Positions 23,956-36,100 of a stretch of 39,591 nt of DNA are shown here, in pieces. Numbering within the stretch: position 1 is the first letter of the stretch; each line of letters begins with the position of its first letter. Origin of the DNA: Jimgerdemannia flammicorona (taxonomy: Eukaryota). The translations under genes were made by a program, and so were the position numbers. The notes beneath the pieces are model-generated. The model ran no database searches. It was given only the letters and a program-made list of their open reading frames with translations, and had not been told where the DNA came from. The DNA lies in the NCBI GenBank assembly GCA_003990765.1, contig RBNJ01000138.1, positions 1 through 39,591 of the forward strand. Direction: 5' to 3'.

Positions 23956-25167
23956 ATGGAGACACCTAAATGCAAGAAGAGAAAAAATGGTCCATGCAAG
24001 CAACCAATGCCAGATGGTATGTACATAGTACACCCTGTTTGTTATATCCTGAAAACTCTTCTCATTGCTATTTGAATGGCACAAATCCTTCCAGAGGCTG
24101 CACCAACAGATGTACAGCTTCCTGTTGAAATCTGGTCGATGATAGGTGATCATTTACCGGGCCTGCACCATCTAGCCATCCTGCAAAGCATCAATCATAC
24201 ATTCCACACTTTATTTAAGGACGTCTTTCAAAGCAGACTTCAAAGAATTTGAGATCGACTTGATCCAACAACACAAGATGAAGTACTTGCAGTCTTTAAG
24301 TATGGAGAGGAAGATGATCAAAAGGTACTTGTTCAAAAATGGTATAATTTGCCAGTTCAACCTACCATAGAATTTATAGTAGATTGTCTGTCGAATATGC
24401 TTTACACTACTGTTGTAAGAGCATCTGTACACAAGTATCATCAAAAGACCTTTTGGAGGTAGACAATGCTACATTTTGCAGTATCACATAGCTATGGACA
24501 TATAATTCCAGACCTTCTGGATTGTGATCTTCATATCAATGCAAGAACAGATCTTGGTGAAACACCACTTCATCTTGCACTTGATTGTGTGCAAATAATG
24601 ATGCTACTCATTGGACATGGTGCTACTGTCGATACTCGGGACTTGGCAGATGAAATACCATTGTCTGTTGCTGTAGAGATAGAACAACATGATACTATTC
24701 AATACTTGGTAGATTTAGGAGCAGATGTCAATGCATTGACCTGGAGGGGGTCTTTACTATATATTGCTGCAAGAAATGGAGATACTGCTACTGTGACAAT
24801 CCTTGTATCTAAAAATACTCTAGATGTTAATATTCAAAATCCTAATGATAAAATACCATTGCATTTTGCAGTAGTGTATAGATATGAAGATATAATAAGG
24901 AATCTTCTAGAGGCCAGTGCAAATGTCAATACTGTTGATAGATATAACAAGACCCCATTACATTATGCAGCTAATCACCCATTCCTAGTCTCACTAAGAA
25001 TAGCAGAAATGCTGGTTAGTAGTGGTGCATATGGAGATATCAGAGATACTAGCGGTAATACAGCATTTGATGTGTTATTTGATGAGTATGGACATACTCG
25101 AAATCGAAAACATAGAATAACTCAGTTGTTAGAAAGAGTGCAGAATAATAGGTTTGGTAAAAAATAG
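23956..25167 (+). pseudogene. F-box plus ankyrin-repeat protein with NLS-like N-terminus
   Basis: Exon 1 METPKCKKRKNG; intron 24017-24094; F-box-like LPVEIWSMIGDHL in frame with ankyrin ORF 24466-25167 (GETPLHLA, KIPLHFAV, KTPLHYAA, GNTAFD) across stops at 24250 and 24460. Confidence 0.8.
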
Positions 25168-25514
25168 TTGATATATGTTCTTTCTGCTGAAAAATGTGAA
25201 TGTTTGAAAATGTAACTATTTTTTATTTTTTTCAATATAAAAAGTATTGGTCCTTTAAGTGGTATCACCAGTTTATATTTTTAAAGGAAGCTTATTCATA
25301 ATGCCATAATTCTAACATATATTTCATGCACAAAGATTTCTGAAACTGTTAAATAATATACCAAATCATTCCAATACAATGATGAAGATATATCTAATGG
25401 ATGTCTCTACTCTTCTTGTATACAGTACATGCACTGCCAACAGGTGATCTCCGTTTCTGAGTATTTATTAATTTATAGCCAGTATTACATATGAAATAGT
25501 ATTATCATGATTTG

Positions 25515-26024
25515 TTACTTTCCATATCTTTGTATTTTCTGTACATTGATTCTTGTTAGCTGTTGTTTATATGTTATTAATGTGCTATGGTCTGCAGGAT
25601 TCATTTCTCCAGCAACTGCTGTAATGCATTCTACCAGGGAGGCTGCAGTATATGCACAATCGACCTGGTCTTTGGAGGGAATAAGTGGCATATTTACAGC
25701 AAACCATGTAGATACTTTCAAATGTTGGTTCAATGCATATGTGTGACACAGTCCAGTTATCTTCCACAGTTGCCAGGATATGCAGAGTACATCTATAAGT
25801 TTTGTTTCTTTCATATCTAGATTTGAAATAAAATGAAATATATACTGTTCGCTATCATTTCGAATCGACAGGCCACATCTTTCACACTGTAGGTATTTCA
25901 ATCTCTTCACTCTGTGCATTTTACATGGCTCTGGTTCATTGTCATCTTCATCTGGAAATGCATCATCCTGATGGTGTTTTCTGGTACCAGGTATATTATT
26001 CTCAGTAGCCACAATAGTTGCCAT
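25515..26024 (-). CDS. Hypothetical protein (acidic/basic N-terminus, CxxC)
   Basis: 169-aa ORF with TATA-like ATATAAG ~45 bp upstream; no family recognised. Confidence 0.5.
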   Translation of the reverse strand: MATIVATENNIPGTRKHHQDDAFPDEDDNEPEPCKMHRVKRLKYLQCERCGLSIRNDSEQYIFHFISNLDMKETKLIDVLCISWQLWKITGLCHTYALNQHLKVSTWFAVNMPLIPSKDQVDCAYTAASLVECITAVAGEMNPADHSTLITYKQQLTRINVQKIQRYGK

Positions 26025-26161
26025 TAGGATAGAAGAGTACTGAGCAGTGGTGAGCAGAACCTGGGGTTCTTATATTTCAGAATGCTGTGTGATGAAAATA
26101 GTCATGCACCTATAAGTAGTGAAGATCTCTCACCATCTGTAAATACCCCCTCTTATAAAAG

Positions 26162-27402
26162 ATGACTCCCATCTCAAAACTCATACTCCTGTTTACATAT
26201 ATGCTTGCTGTAGTCAGCTATGTCAGCAAGAGTATGTCAACCATATCTATGGAGGATAAATACAAGCACGCATTAAGTATGTGGTTTGAAAATAGCATTG
26301 TTTAGATTCAGCACCCACAAAACAGCACTCTTACATATACTGTAAATTACAGATACTCTTCGTCAATATGAGGAGTAGGGAGGCTGCTTCAAGCAGACCA
26401 TGGATGCCATGGGGCCTGATTGTGATATGGTTCTGACAGATGAGGATATTCGCAACAGATGTTAGTGTCTTGTGTTTGTTTCATTTTGCATAATGATGTA
26501 TACCTATATATTAATTATATATGGGAATCCTGTAGATGGTATTGCTCTGGTAGTATGCGATGCTACAACATTGAAGATGTCAATTCCCAGACAGTGCCTA
26601 GGCAAGGGTATCGATACTGATACCTATCTGAAGTACATGGGCAAAAATGCAGTATTGGCTCTAATGTTCGTACACCATAAAACAAACTCGCATTCTGTCT
26701 GCTGGTTCCATAGACAGATGGATCACAAGAAATATAAAAGCTGTATCGCAACATCTGCTCAGTGATCTGATAATATCAACAGATCAGCTGGCTGAAAAGC
26801 AACAAGATGTCATGGATGGACTAGAGGTTGCAAAAAAGGGGGTTGCTCAGCTAACAACTATAACTACCAGTGCATTGAGTGGCATAGGTGTGCAGGTAGA
26901 TGAGTATATCCACAAGGTAGATGATGCTCTCAATAAGACAATTGCAGCAGTTGCCAATGCCAGTGATATTACTGTTGCTCTTATTGAACAGCACTATGCG
27001 GCTTTCATTAAATCGGCAAGTGGATGGATTCCTGGATGGGCCACGGGGGCCATTGTAATACTTCAGACAATCACAGGCCTGAGCTTGGCAGCAGTAATGG
27101 TCCTGCTGGTAGTTGTAGCCATTGTAGCAGGTATCATCTGGAGCTTTGAACTAAACAGGTGCTGGAAGCTGAATGTTGTTGTAATTGGCCTAGTGGTTTA
27201 TTACTGTATGTATAATGTTCAGAGAATCCTGGTGTATCTGCAATGATAATATCACTGGCTGAGTATATTGCTCTACATCATCTTACTCTGTATATATATT
27301 GGGCTTTGTATTTCAACTCTGATGCTGGGCTATCATTCAATGCCAGCAAGCCAAAACAAATGTCAGTTCCCACCCAGGCCAGAGTATTATAATCGGGAAT
27401 AA
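26162..27402 (+). pseudogene. KAR5: KAR5/Tht1/GEX1/Brambleberry-like nuclear membrane fusion protein
   Basis: Signal-like MTPISKLILLFTYMLAVVSYVS; introns 26277-26352 and 26461-26535. Spliced Cys-rich domain LRQYEE*GGCFKQTMDAMGPDCDMVLTDEDIRNRYGIALVVCDATTLKMSIPRQCLGKGIDTDTYLKYMG...SVCWFHR. Frameshift ~26730, helical/coiled region, then three hydrophobic TM segments to TAA at 27400. Confidence 0.78.
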
Positions 27403-27542
27403 ATTTGGCTGGTGTATTTTATATAATAAATCCATTTTATTTCGAGATTACAAAGACTAATCTGATGAGACAGCTACTGGGTATTTGCTATTTAAACCTG
27501 CCCATTTAAAATGACAGCTTGCAATAATTTCACTTCAAAAGA

Positions 27543-28064
27543 ATGGAATATACAATTTTCAACCAAGACCAGGCCATATCACCACTCACATCTTCAGGGA
27601 CTGTTGATCCATGTGAACTTCATATACATGAAGAAACACCCTCGCCATCATTGCCTCCAGTATACTCTCAAAAACACAAATCACCATAGAGGATTCCAAA
27701 CACACCTGACTCACCTTCTCCTCTGGGGCGGTTGCCACCTACAGTTTTAGATGACAGTGTATTTGCTGATGAGCCTGTAGAAGCTGTTTGGGTGTTAGCA
27801 CTCAATATATTCATTGATGCTGTATGTAATTCCAAAGGAGGGTGGGATATCACCTTTCTGGAAATACAATATGGCGAGCAATACATTAGGGATCTTCTTG
27901 GTATGAAGGCAGGTGAATCTGAGTTAGTGTCCCAAGAGTGCATGACACAGGTCTGCAATATGGCAATAGGAGCTGGCTATCTTATTGGTTTCAACTCATA
28001 TTTCGGGGGTAGGGCCAATGGTATTGTATCAATACTTGTTAAGGTTTTAGCTAGATGTATGTAG
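27543..28064 (+). pseudogene. Hypothetical protein (Ser/Pro-rich N-terminus, one internal stop)
   Basis: ATG 27543 is in frame with ORF 27732-28064 across one TAG; TATTTAAA ~50 bp upstream. Confidence 0.45.
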
Positions 28065-28235
28065 AATTTTAAATTTACTTTGACCCTGTTTGGTCATTTT
28101 TCTTTTTGTGAGAGAATGCAATTCACGGTACCAAAATATCCAATAAAGAATGAGAGCTCAGTCAGAACTGCTTTCACAACAGTATAAATAATCGAAAATC
28201 TTATATACAATCAAAATACAACAAAATCTCATACA

Positions 28236-28586
28236 ATGAACTGCAATATGCAGTCAACACCAGCTGAGATAGTTGGACTTATTGTCTGCAATTTTGGATT
28301 TATTGATCTTGCTCACTGCATGCACATTTCACATATACTTCGTTCCGAGACAATCAGACATCTGAATCAACAGTATAATATCAGAGACTTCAAATATTTC
28401 TCCAGGCTCTATCAAGCAATGAAGAGGCACCCACGACTCCCTCCTATAATTCATGAAGTTGTCATCGAGGTATTGCAGATACATATATGTATTCAATCAG
28501 AAATACAAGATATCCTGATACAAAAGACAGCAAGAGAATTTTATGAAGAAGCAGCAGCAAGATTTATGGGCAGATCCATTTTTTGA
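28236..28586 (+). CDS. Small F-box-like protein
   Basis: STPAEIVGLIVCNFGFIDLAHCMHISHILR fits F-box LPxEI...I...L...DL..C..VS..R; TATAAATA at ~28183. Confidence 0.6.
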   Translation: MNCNMQSTPAEIVGLIVCNFGFIDLAHCMHISHILRSETIRHLNQQYNIRDFKYFSRLYQAMKRHPRLPPIIHEVVIEVLQIHICIQSEIQDILIQKTAREFYEEAAARFMGRSIF

Positions 28587-28651
28587 TAATCAAGTTGTAT
28601 TTTTGTATTAAATATAAAATAAATACTTGATGGATTTTCCAATCAAAAATC

Positions 28652-29735
28652 TTACACTACTACAAATTTTCTATTATATATTGTGTAAAATGGCATTGCA
28701 GGCAGTGTACAGGCCAGTTCATATGCAATATATATACAAGAGTATAGCACCCCATACTCTTGTTCTGCTATCAGTTTATCAAAATATGGTGGAAAAATCA
28801 CATTTGTAAGAAAGATTAAATTCTCCAACCCAAAGCATTGTCTGATCTCCTGATTATAACGAGCTCTTTCTGCCCCCCTGAGCGAGCATTGAAACTTTCT
28901 TACTACAACCAGTTGATCCAAAGCACCCTTAAGACCACCTGAAGGGAAAGATATATCAGCTGCTTTCAGGGCTGCTGGAACAGAGCCAAACAGCCTGCTA
29001 AGTATGTCTGGAGAGTACCTCTCCCTCAGAGTAGACATCTGGGCTTGGGAGGGATTGGCTACCACCTCTGCAACAGTAGTTCTGAAGTTCTCCACCAGAG
29101 CTAGCTCTTCTTCTGTGGGCTTGTGGATTAGTGGAGTTGGAGACCTGCTTCTATCAGTTTGTTGAGGTACTTGTTTTTTATTTTTCAAGATACCACGGTA
29201 GTGGCGGCGGGGAGGAGATGGCAGATTTCATAAAATACTAGGATATTACTGAAATGGTCAATATAATTAAGATCTAGTAAACAGAAGATTACCTTGTTGA
29301 AGTAAGCTTGTTTTGGTACAGATGGACCTTCACCACCATCCTCTTCATCCTCTTTACGAGAATGTTTTTGGGTGTATTGTATAGAGGCAGGTATTTCAGG
29401 CTCCTGTAGGTAGACAAAAGATGGTTAAGGGATGACAATTGGATATAACACAATAGTAATAAAAGTCTGTAACTTGCCAGATTCGTCTGTATAGAAACTA
29501 ATATGACTAGTTCCTTGAGCCAGGCATAGAATGTGGTATCCTTGTTCGAAAATAGCATATTGGATTCTAGACATCTTTTGATTGATTCTTCAAGATATTC
29601 ATCTGGGGTACAGAAATGCCCCTGAGCATTTCGCTGATATTTAGTAGATATGGGTAGAGGTATATGCAGAAATATGTATTTAGGTTTGTACAGAAGTATT
29701 GTTTTGGTTTTATATAGCTTTCCAGCCAGAGTCAC
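28652..29735 (-). CDS. Hypothetical protein(s), probably multi-exon
   Basis: 178-aa and 148-aa minus-strand ORFs separated by intron-like sequence; no family recognised. Confidence 0.4.
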
Positions 29736-30299
29736 ATGATGCCAAGCTACAAATCACATAGTGTTTACTACAGCATCACAAGTCACATTATTCTCTATTA
29801 TAGACACAATGATGCACACTCGACAGACTGCAAAACAGTTGAGCTCTGGGCCCAAAGAGGGTCAACTAAGCATACTGCCACCACTCTCTGGCCCTCCGAC
29901 CAGGTATATCTGCATGATGACAGATGGATTGTATATTATATGAATAGCAGCACTGTAAACTGGGTGAATGCCAAATATATGATAGTAGATCTAATACAAA
30001 CACTTGTTATAATTAGAATATGCTATATTGATATCCAGATGATTGAACTTGAATCCTTCGCAGAGTGGGAGTTCCTCAGGACTACAACTGTGTCTTCATT
30101 CGCAATATGTAGGGTACGTGTCTTGATGCTGCTATATTGCAGAGTATGTAAATATCTGATTAACCAATGTGATAATACCAATGCAGAACAGTCAAGTATT
30201 CTTCACAAAAAATTCAATTTCAAATGAAAACACCCTCAGTACAGAAGTAAACAGTATTGCTAAGAGGTAATCTGATTTTGTTCCTTGTGTTTAATATTT

Positions 30300-30963
30300 C
30301 GAATTATGACAACTATCTAATACAATGTTATTCCAATCATCAAGATGATGACCAGAGGCAAGCAAATGGCTTCTGATTCCTAACCACACTAATAATGATG
30401 GCACACTGTGTACTTATGATAGAGATGGACAGCCATGGGCCATCTTATTTGAGAATGTATGTCAAAATTATATTTGGGTATAATTAGTCATACTGTCAAC
30501 AAACATTATACTCATTGCCATATCTATAAGTTCATTAATATTGTAATTGGCAGCCAGCTGAAACACAGAGTCAATCTGGTCCTATTTATCAGTAGAACCT
30601 TGGTCGATTCTACTAAACCAGTAACAAGGAGAAGGCTGCAAAAGGAACTATTACATGTGATAAGTATACTACAGAGGTACAATATCCGTATATTACAATA
30701 TATCATATATGTGATCTTGGCTAGTACATATTTCATACTTCCTTATATTATTATCCAGACCAAACATTGGAAAAGTACTTCTCTTTGTCTGCTATAGTCA
30801 CAATCTGGATCACATCGCCAACAATGTCCTAGTAGCAATTAAGCAGCATGAAATGCATGATGTCCTGCTTGCAAATGCTATACACCAACAGGGTCTATTG
30901 TGTCCTGTCTGGGTACTAGAGGCCAGTGAGGCACCATATTCAATTCACCCACAAAGCATATAA
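30300..30963 (+). pseudogene. Hypothetical multi-exon gene
   Basis: Coding-like segments (NDGTLCTYDRDGQPWAILFEN / FINIVIGSQLKHRV... / PNIGKVLLFVCYSH...) bounded by GT and AG splice signals. Confidence 0.3.
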
Positions 30964-31140
30964 ATTTGATCGGTGCTGTACCGTGGCCTAATGTAGTATG
31001 CAATAAATCAGTGTAATCCTATTTCTAAAACTCAAAAAAAAATTTAAGTTGCCAAATAGTATTCTTTTGATATAGTAGCTAACTAGGATTGTACCAATAT
31101 TATAAATACCAGTCTGCACAGCATTAGATTGTTATTTAAA

Positions 31141-31995
31141 ATGCCATGGAATCTCTACAAAGGTGTACCATCATTTGCCTATGGCTGTTTGATTGCAGAA
31201 GAGCACTGTTTGGCATATGATAGTGATAGTGATAGTGATATAGGCACTACTGCTACCCTTGATACATCTCCGCAATATACTGATACTGAGCAAGAGGAAC
31301 AGTCACCAGTCAGCAATCATATACCAGTAATATCAGATTGGTATATATATATTATCGGTGTCATAGCACTCTGTGCTATTACTGCACTCTATGCAGGGAT
31401 GGTTGTGGATCATCCATCACAATATTCTGCATCTGGGGTTGCCGATAGAAGACATATAAGATTGAATGGGCACACCTCTAGTATAACAGAGTCGCCTAAC
31501 TTTGCACTCTATACAGGAGAAGCAAGTATTATCCATCAGTATATCTCGCCAACATACTTCCCACCACTGTATACTCTCCATCGGGCATTGAAAGGCGATA
31601 TCCATATTCACCCTCCCGAGATAGCCATTATGCCATCTATACATGTAGGCGAGTGCTGGCCAATGGCAGATAGCCAGGGACAGATTGCTATATCTCTGAT
31701 CCAGCCTATAACAGTGACTAGCATAGCTATTGAGCATGCCAGCCAATACAAAGCCATCATGCTCTCAAGTGCTCTGCGTGATATGGAGCTATAGAGCCAG
31801 CCTACAAATGCAAATTGTACAGCAAAGATATATGAATCAGTTTTTATTGAATCCTTCACTTACAATATACTGGGTGAACCGATCCAGAAAATTGTCATCC
31901 TGCCAATGGTGAATATAAAGGCTATTCTTCTATGAATCAATAGTAACTGGGGTCATGAACATTATACCTATATATACAAATTAAGTATATACTGA
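31141..31995 (+). pseudogene. SUN-domain (Sad1/UNC-84, Mps3-like) nuclear envelope protein
   Basis: Acidic N-terminus, one TM (WYIYIIGVIALCAITALYAGMVV), then PNFALYTGEASII..ISPTY..PPEIAI..VGECWPM..SQGQIAI..IEH..SSALRDMEL*..FTYNILG..INSNWGHEHYTYIYK; stops at 31792 and 31933. Confidence 0.92.
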
Positions 31996-32222
31996 TATAA
32001 TATGGACTAGTCTTAATCATTGTCTATAATTTTCCACACTTCTGTGAATACCAATATCCTATAATATATAATATGCTATCAGACTACTATATATATAAAT
32101 ATGCTGAAAAATGATTCATACTTTTTGCCCTCATTTCTGTCCAACCTCTGATCTAATATGTCCAGTCTGCATGACCTTGACTTGTTTATAAGAGTGGCAA
32201 TGGCAATTACTGAACTTCAAAA

Positions 32223-33347
32223 ATGGCGACAAAAACACTCGTCCTTCCACCATTCAACCAGCCTCCAGAAATCATTATCCAGATTTTTCGCAATTTATCA
32301 TACAGTGATCTGGTATCCTGTGCCTGTATTTCTCCATGGCAAGCATTTGCCCTGCTACTACTTGGGGATAAAATCTATCTGAGATTGCACAGAGATCTCA
32401 ACCCACTTGGACAACTAGCAAGAACTGATTCAGCCTTCTTTCGATTCGGTACAGCAACTATCGTGAATCTCAGAATTCGTCTATATACACTCCTGCCCTA
32501 TACAAATCAGTATCTGCTTGAACATAGTTGCCCTAGTATATGTGACATTATTTCCAACCTCCCAGGCCTGGTAACACTCAGTCTCGATGACTATATACCT
32601 CCAGAGTTACCCAATATCTTGGGGAATACCATTCTCAGATGTAAATCACTTGCTAATCTTGAATGGGATGACATCTATAGCATTGATGGACTTGTACAAT
32701 TTATCACTCGAAATACTAGTATCAGGAGTGTTATTATTATGGGTCCTTTGACTGATATTAGGGTGTCTGGTTTAATTAAACTCACCCAGGTCACACACAT
32801 CAGAGAATTAAAAATATCACGTATGTATGCTTCGTTATTCTGAATTTTATAGGTTGGCTGTGACTATACCTAATCTATATATTTTACTACAGGATGGTTC
32901 AAAGATAGGAGGGACTTTTGCTCTCTCAAAGATACTGCAAATCGACGATTGGATGGCTTCCATCTGACAATCAATGATTTTCAAGAGAATGATGACTATT
33001 GGGCAGATTATCAGGAACCAGTATACTGTATATATGGCCATTCATGAGAGATGTGTGACTGTGGCATGTAAATTAGTTTATTGTCTTTAGTTTGGACTGA
33101 GGCTTCTCAGAATGTCACATGAGACTAGTTTTAAGAGCTGATCGCCAGTTTCAGTACTATGGTTAGGTTAGAATTCATTTGCATAAACAACGATGAGAGA
33201 ATTATGCCTGATAACAGATCTGAAACACATAATAATCATCTATCACTAATCTCTCTATCCTCTGCAAATGTTTATTGCTGTCAAATGATACAAATCCTCA
33301 TTGGCTTGAATAACTTATGGTCGAGCTGTACTACTCCCTTTGAGTAA
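32223..33347 (+). pseudogene. F-box / LRR-like protein
   Basis: PPEIIIQIFRNLSYSDLVSCACISPWQ (F-box) then LPGLVTLSL, CKSLANLEW, HIRELKI LRR-like units; intron from ~32822; downstream exons decayed. Confidence 0.7.
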
Positions 33348-34730
33348 TCCAATATGAATGTTTTTAGAAGATAATATATAAAATGTTGATATTTATACAA
33401 TGGCCCCAGTACCATTGAACTGGTGGAACTGGGTCCAGCTGGTCATGAGAAGGCAGGCAAGAGCATCTTGGTCTGCCAGACGACCAGTCTGAGATGCCGA
33501 GTCTACACCCGGCTTTGGCAAGGGTGTCAGACTCAACAAAGGGCTTAGCTAACAACTAGTCACATGAAAAGAGTCCAAAGTCCAGGTAGAGACCAGGTTT
33601 GCAATGCCCCAGCCTGGTGGACTTTTGTGGTCCACTTAGACTGGAGCAATCCTCTGTGGAAGGCAATATACAGACAACTATGCCTAAGTAGCCCACCTTG
33701 GGTCCAGTCTATCAGAGGTGATGGTGGCCAAGAGCTTCTTGGTCCACTGGGTGGGTTGGCCTGAGAATTTGACTCAGCGAGGTATGAGGCAATATGATGC
33801 AGGTCAGAAATGAGGCAGTCAACTGCATCAGAAAATGGGCAGTATGACAAATGTCCTTTATATTACAATATTTTATGGTTGGGGTGGGATTTACAAAAAG
33901 AGGTATAGGATACATTAGCACTAGATTTAACCAAGTATATTTTCAGTACAACCTTGGCTGTATTCATCTTTAATTATCCCACATCCCTGCCAATGACATC
34001 CATCCTGCCGAGTTACATAGATTGCACCAATCTGTGATCATGCGGAGTATGCAGCACCCCTTTATAGCTGGCGGTTGGTATAGCTGCGAGTGCGATAGAT
34101 TACCACTAACTCTGTATCTTACACCTCATTTACAATCCTTTGATTTAATTACAGGTGGCAAGTCTGCTGAATAACAAAACACTACCATTAGGCTCTCTGA
34201 CTTTTGCATTTTTACTGTAAAAATACAAAGAGACATTTTGTATGAGTGCATGTTGATGAGATGAAGGGTGGATTCAATGATATATACATGATATCAGCAG
34301 GGGGTACAGAAATGTGGGATCCGCAGATGATATTATCGAGAGTAAAATGGGGCTATGTCATATCCCACCCCCTGAAAAGCTCAAATGGCACCTGTTTACA
34401 CTGTCAAATCTCTGAGCCCCATGTTCCATGATTAGTAAGACAATCGCCATCAGATTGAACATATTGATCCGATATTACTAATAAACAAATATCTGCAAAA
34501 TTCAATTAAATGGTATTTTTGAGCAGTGTAAGAAGCATTGAAAAATGTTAACACAAATAACCCCCCCAATAACCAGTCTGTCATACATCAGATCCTCATC
34601 ACTCTTCCAAGCAGCAATCTCAAATCCTGCACCTGTATTAAACCACTGCTCCAATAGCTCAGATCACATGATTTGTAAGATCATGCAATCTTTCAGATCT
34701 TTATCTTTTATTATCCAAATACACAGAATT

Positions 34731-36030
34731 TTACAACCTTGCTCCAAGTAATATTTCTAGTGTGCTCCTTACTGCAGTCTGTTCTGCATCTGTTTTTTTG
34801 GAGGCAGTACCACTGCCAACAATATTACCAATTGCACATGTTGTAGTAAAGACTGGTGCATGATGTGTCCCTGTCTGATTATGCTTATACTTTGCACTAT
34901 CAACCACCAATCCACAGTTGTATAGGGTCTGCAGTACCCCTTTGTAGTTGGCAGTTGGTATAAGGCTGGCAACTGCCTGCATTGGTAGAAGTGCGGTAAA
35001 ACCAGCCATGCAGGATGACCTTGGTAGTAGTGGCAGTGAGTTACCTCTCTTATGTTTAAGTGGTTGTTTAGACTCAGGTCCAGTATCACGTTTTTGTACA
35101 AGCTGCAACAAGCATTGACATGCTCTATTCTTGGTCATCTTCCTTATCTGGCCCTTAGCCTCTTATACCAGGTTTTCATCTCTGATTGTAATACTCGCAT
35201 GAGCCATCCACCCATCCCTTGTTATAGTATAGGTAACATCGAGTCCCTTCTCCATACCATCATGGTAATGGCACTGTAGATAGATATCCAGCTCATTGGT
35301 ATATAATATCCTTGGATCCTCTGGTGACACATTTGCAATCTCTGCCTTAATGCTGTCAGAGAGATACCTATCGAACCAGACATGGGCATGGACATCAAAA
35401 CAACTATACAGGAATCGATCCACAGCTTGCTGTCCAAACAGGCGATCTATCACACTAGAGACAGCAGAAACTGTTATACAGAGATTCATTGTACAAAATA
35501 CCAGACCAAATATTTGATTCTGTATACACCTTATCAAACTCTCCATGATGTTTGCCAGCTGTTTGTTTCTGCCTCTACCAGGCTGGACTATGACCCACTT
35601 ATGTACACCAAAGGTCATGGCCAGATCTCTAGCCCCTACTTATTAGCCACCATATACTGTCGCCTGGCTGTCAGGCATCCAACATCCTCGCCAGAGAAGT
35701 GCTGGCTCAACCAGCGAGTTGCTGCCAGGCTTAGTAGCGTATCTCCCTCCCACTTCAAATTCTGCAGAAGGATAAGGCTGTCTCAGTACACTTGCTCCAT
35801 TCACTCGTCCACAACAAAATGAACATTAGTATGCCCACCTTGTTTGTTATCATATCCCCCAGAACTGGTTTGGATGATGGATATGTAAATGCCTCTATAA
35901 ACAGGGGGTCCATACTATCACTGTATATGGGTAAGTTCCCATCCGGTAGTCTGACCAGACCAAGAAAGCTCCATATAAATGATTTGAATCCTTCTGATGC
36001 TCATATAGTTGTATAGAATACTTGAGACAT
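34731..36030 (-). pseudogene. Class-1 RNase III with two dsRNA-binding domains (one intron, one frameshift, stops)
   Basis: Exon 1 FKSFIWSFL...LFIEAFTYPS...ITNK; intron 35762-35838; NLKWEGDTLLSLAATRWLSQHFSGEDVGCLTARRQYMVANK (ERLEFLGD...EG.LT..R..LV.N). Frameshift ~35642, then NKQLANIMESLI; dsRBD-like ..AKGQIRKMTKNRACQCLL; dsRBD NYKGVLQ..GTHHAPVFTTTC..GSGTASKKTDAEQTAVRSTL. Confidence 0.85.
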
Positions 36031-36100
36031 AGTGTGCAGGGTGCGGGGTATATGCAATCCACTGGTATATATATTTGAGAGATATCTGATTATACAAGCA

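Noticed and set aside
29736-30227. 163-aa plus-strand ORF
   Set aside because: No recognisable motif or clear promoter; strand and frame of any real gene here are uncertain.
34290-34376. Imperfect inverted repeat CAGGGGGT...GTGGGAT / ATCCCACCCCCTG in a long intergenic gap
   Set aside because: Too short and gapped to distinguish from chance.
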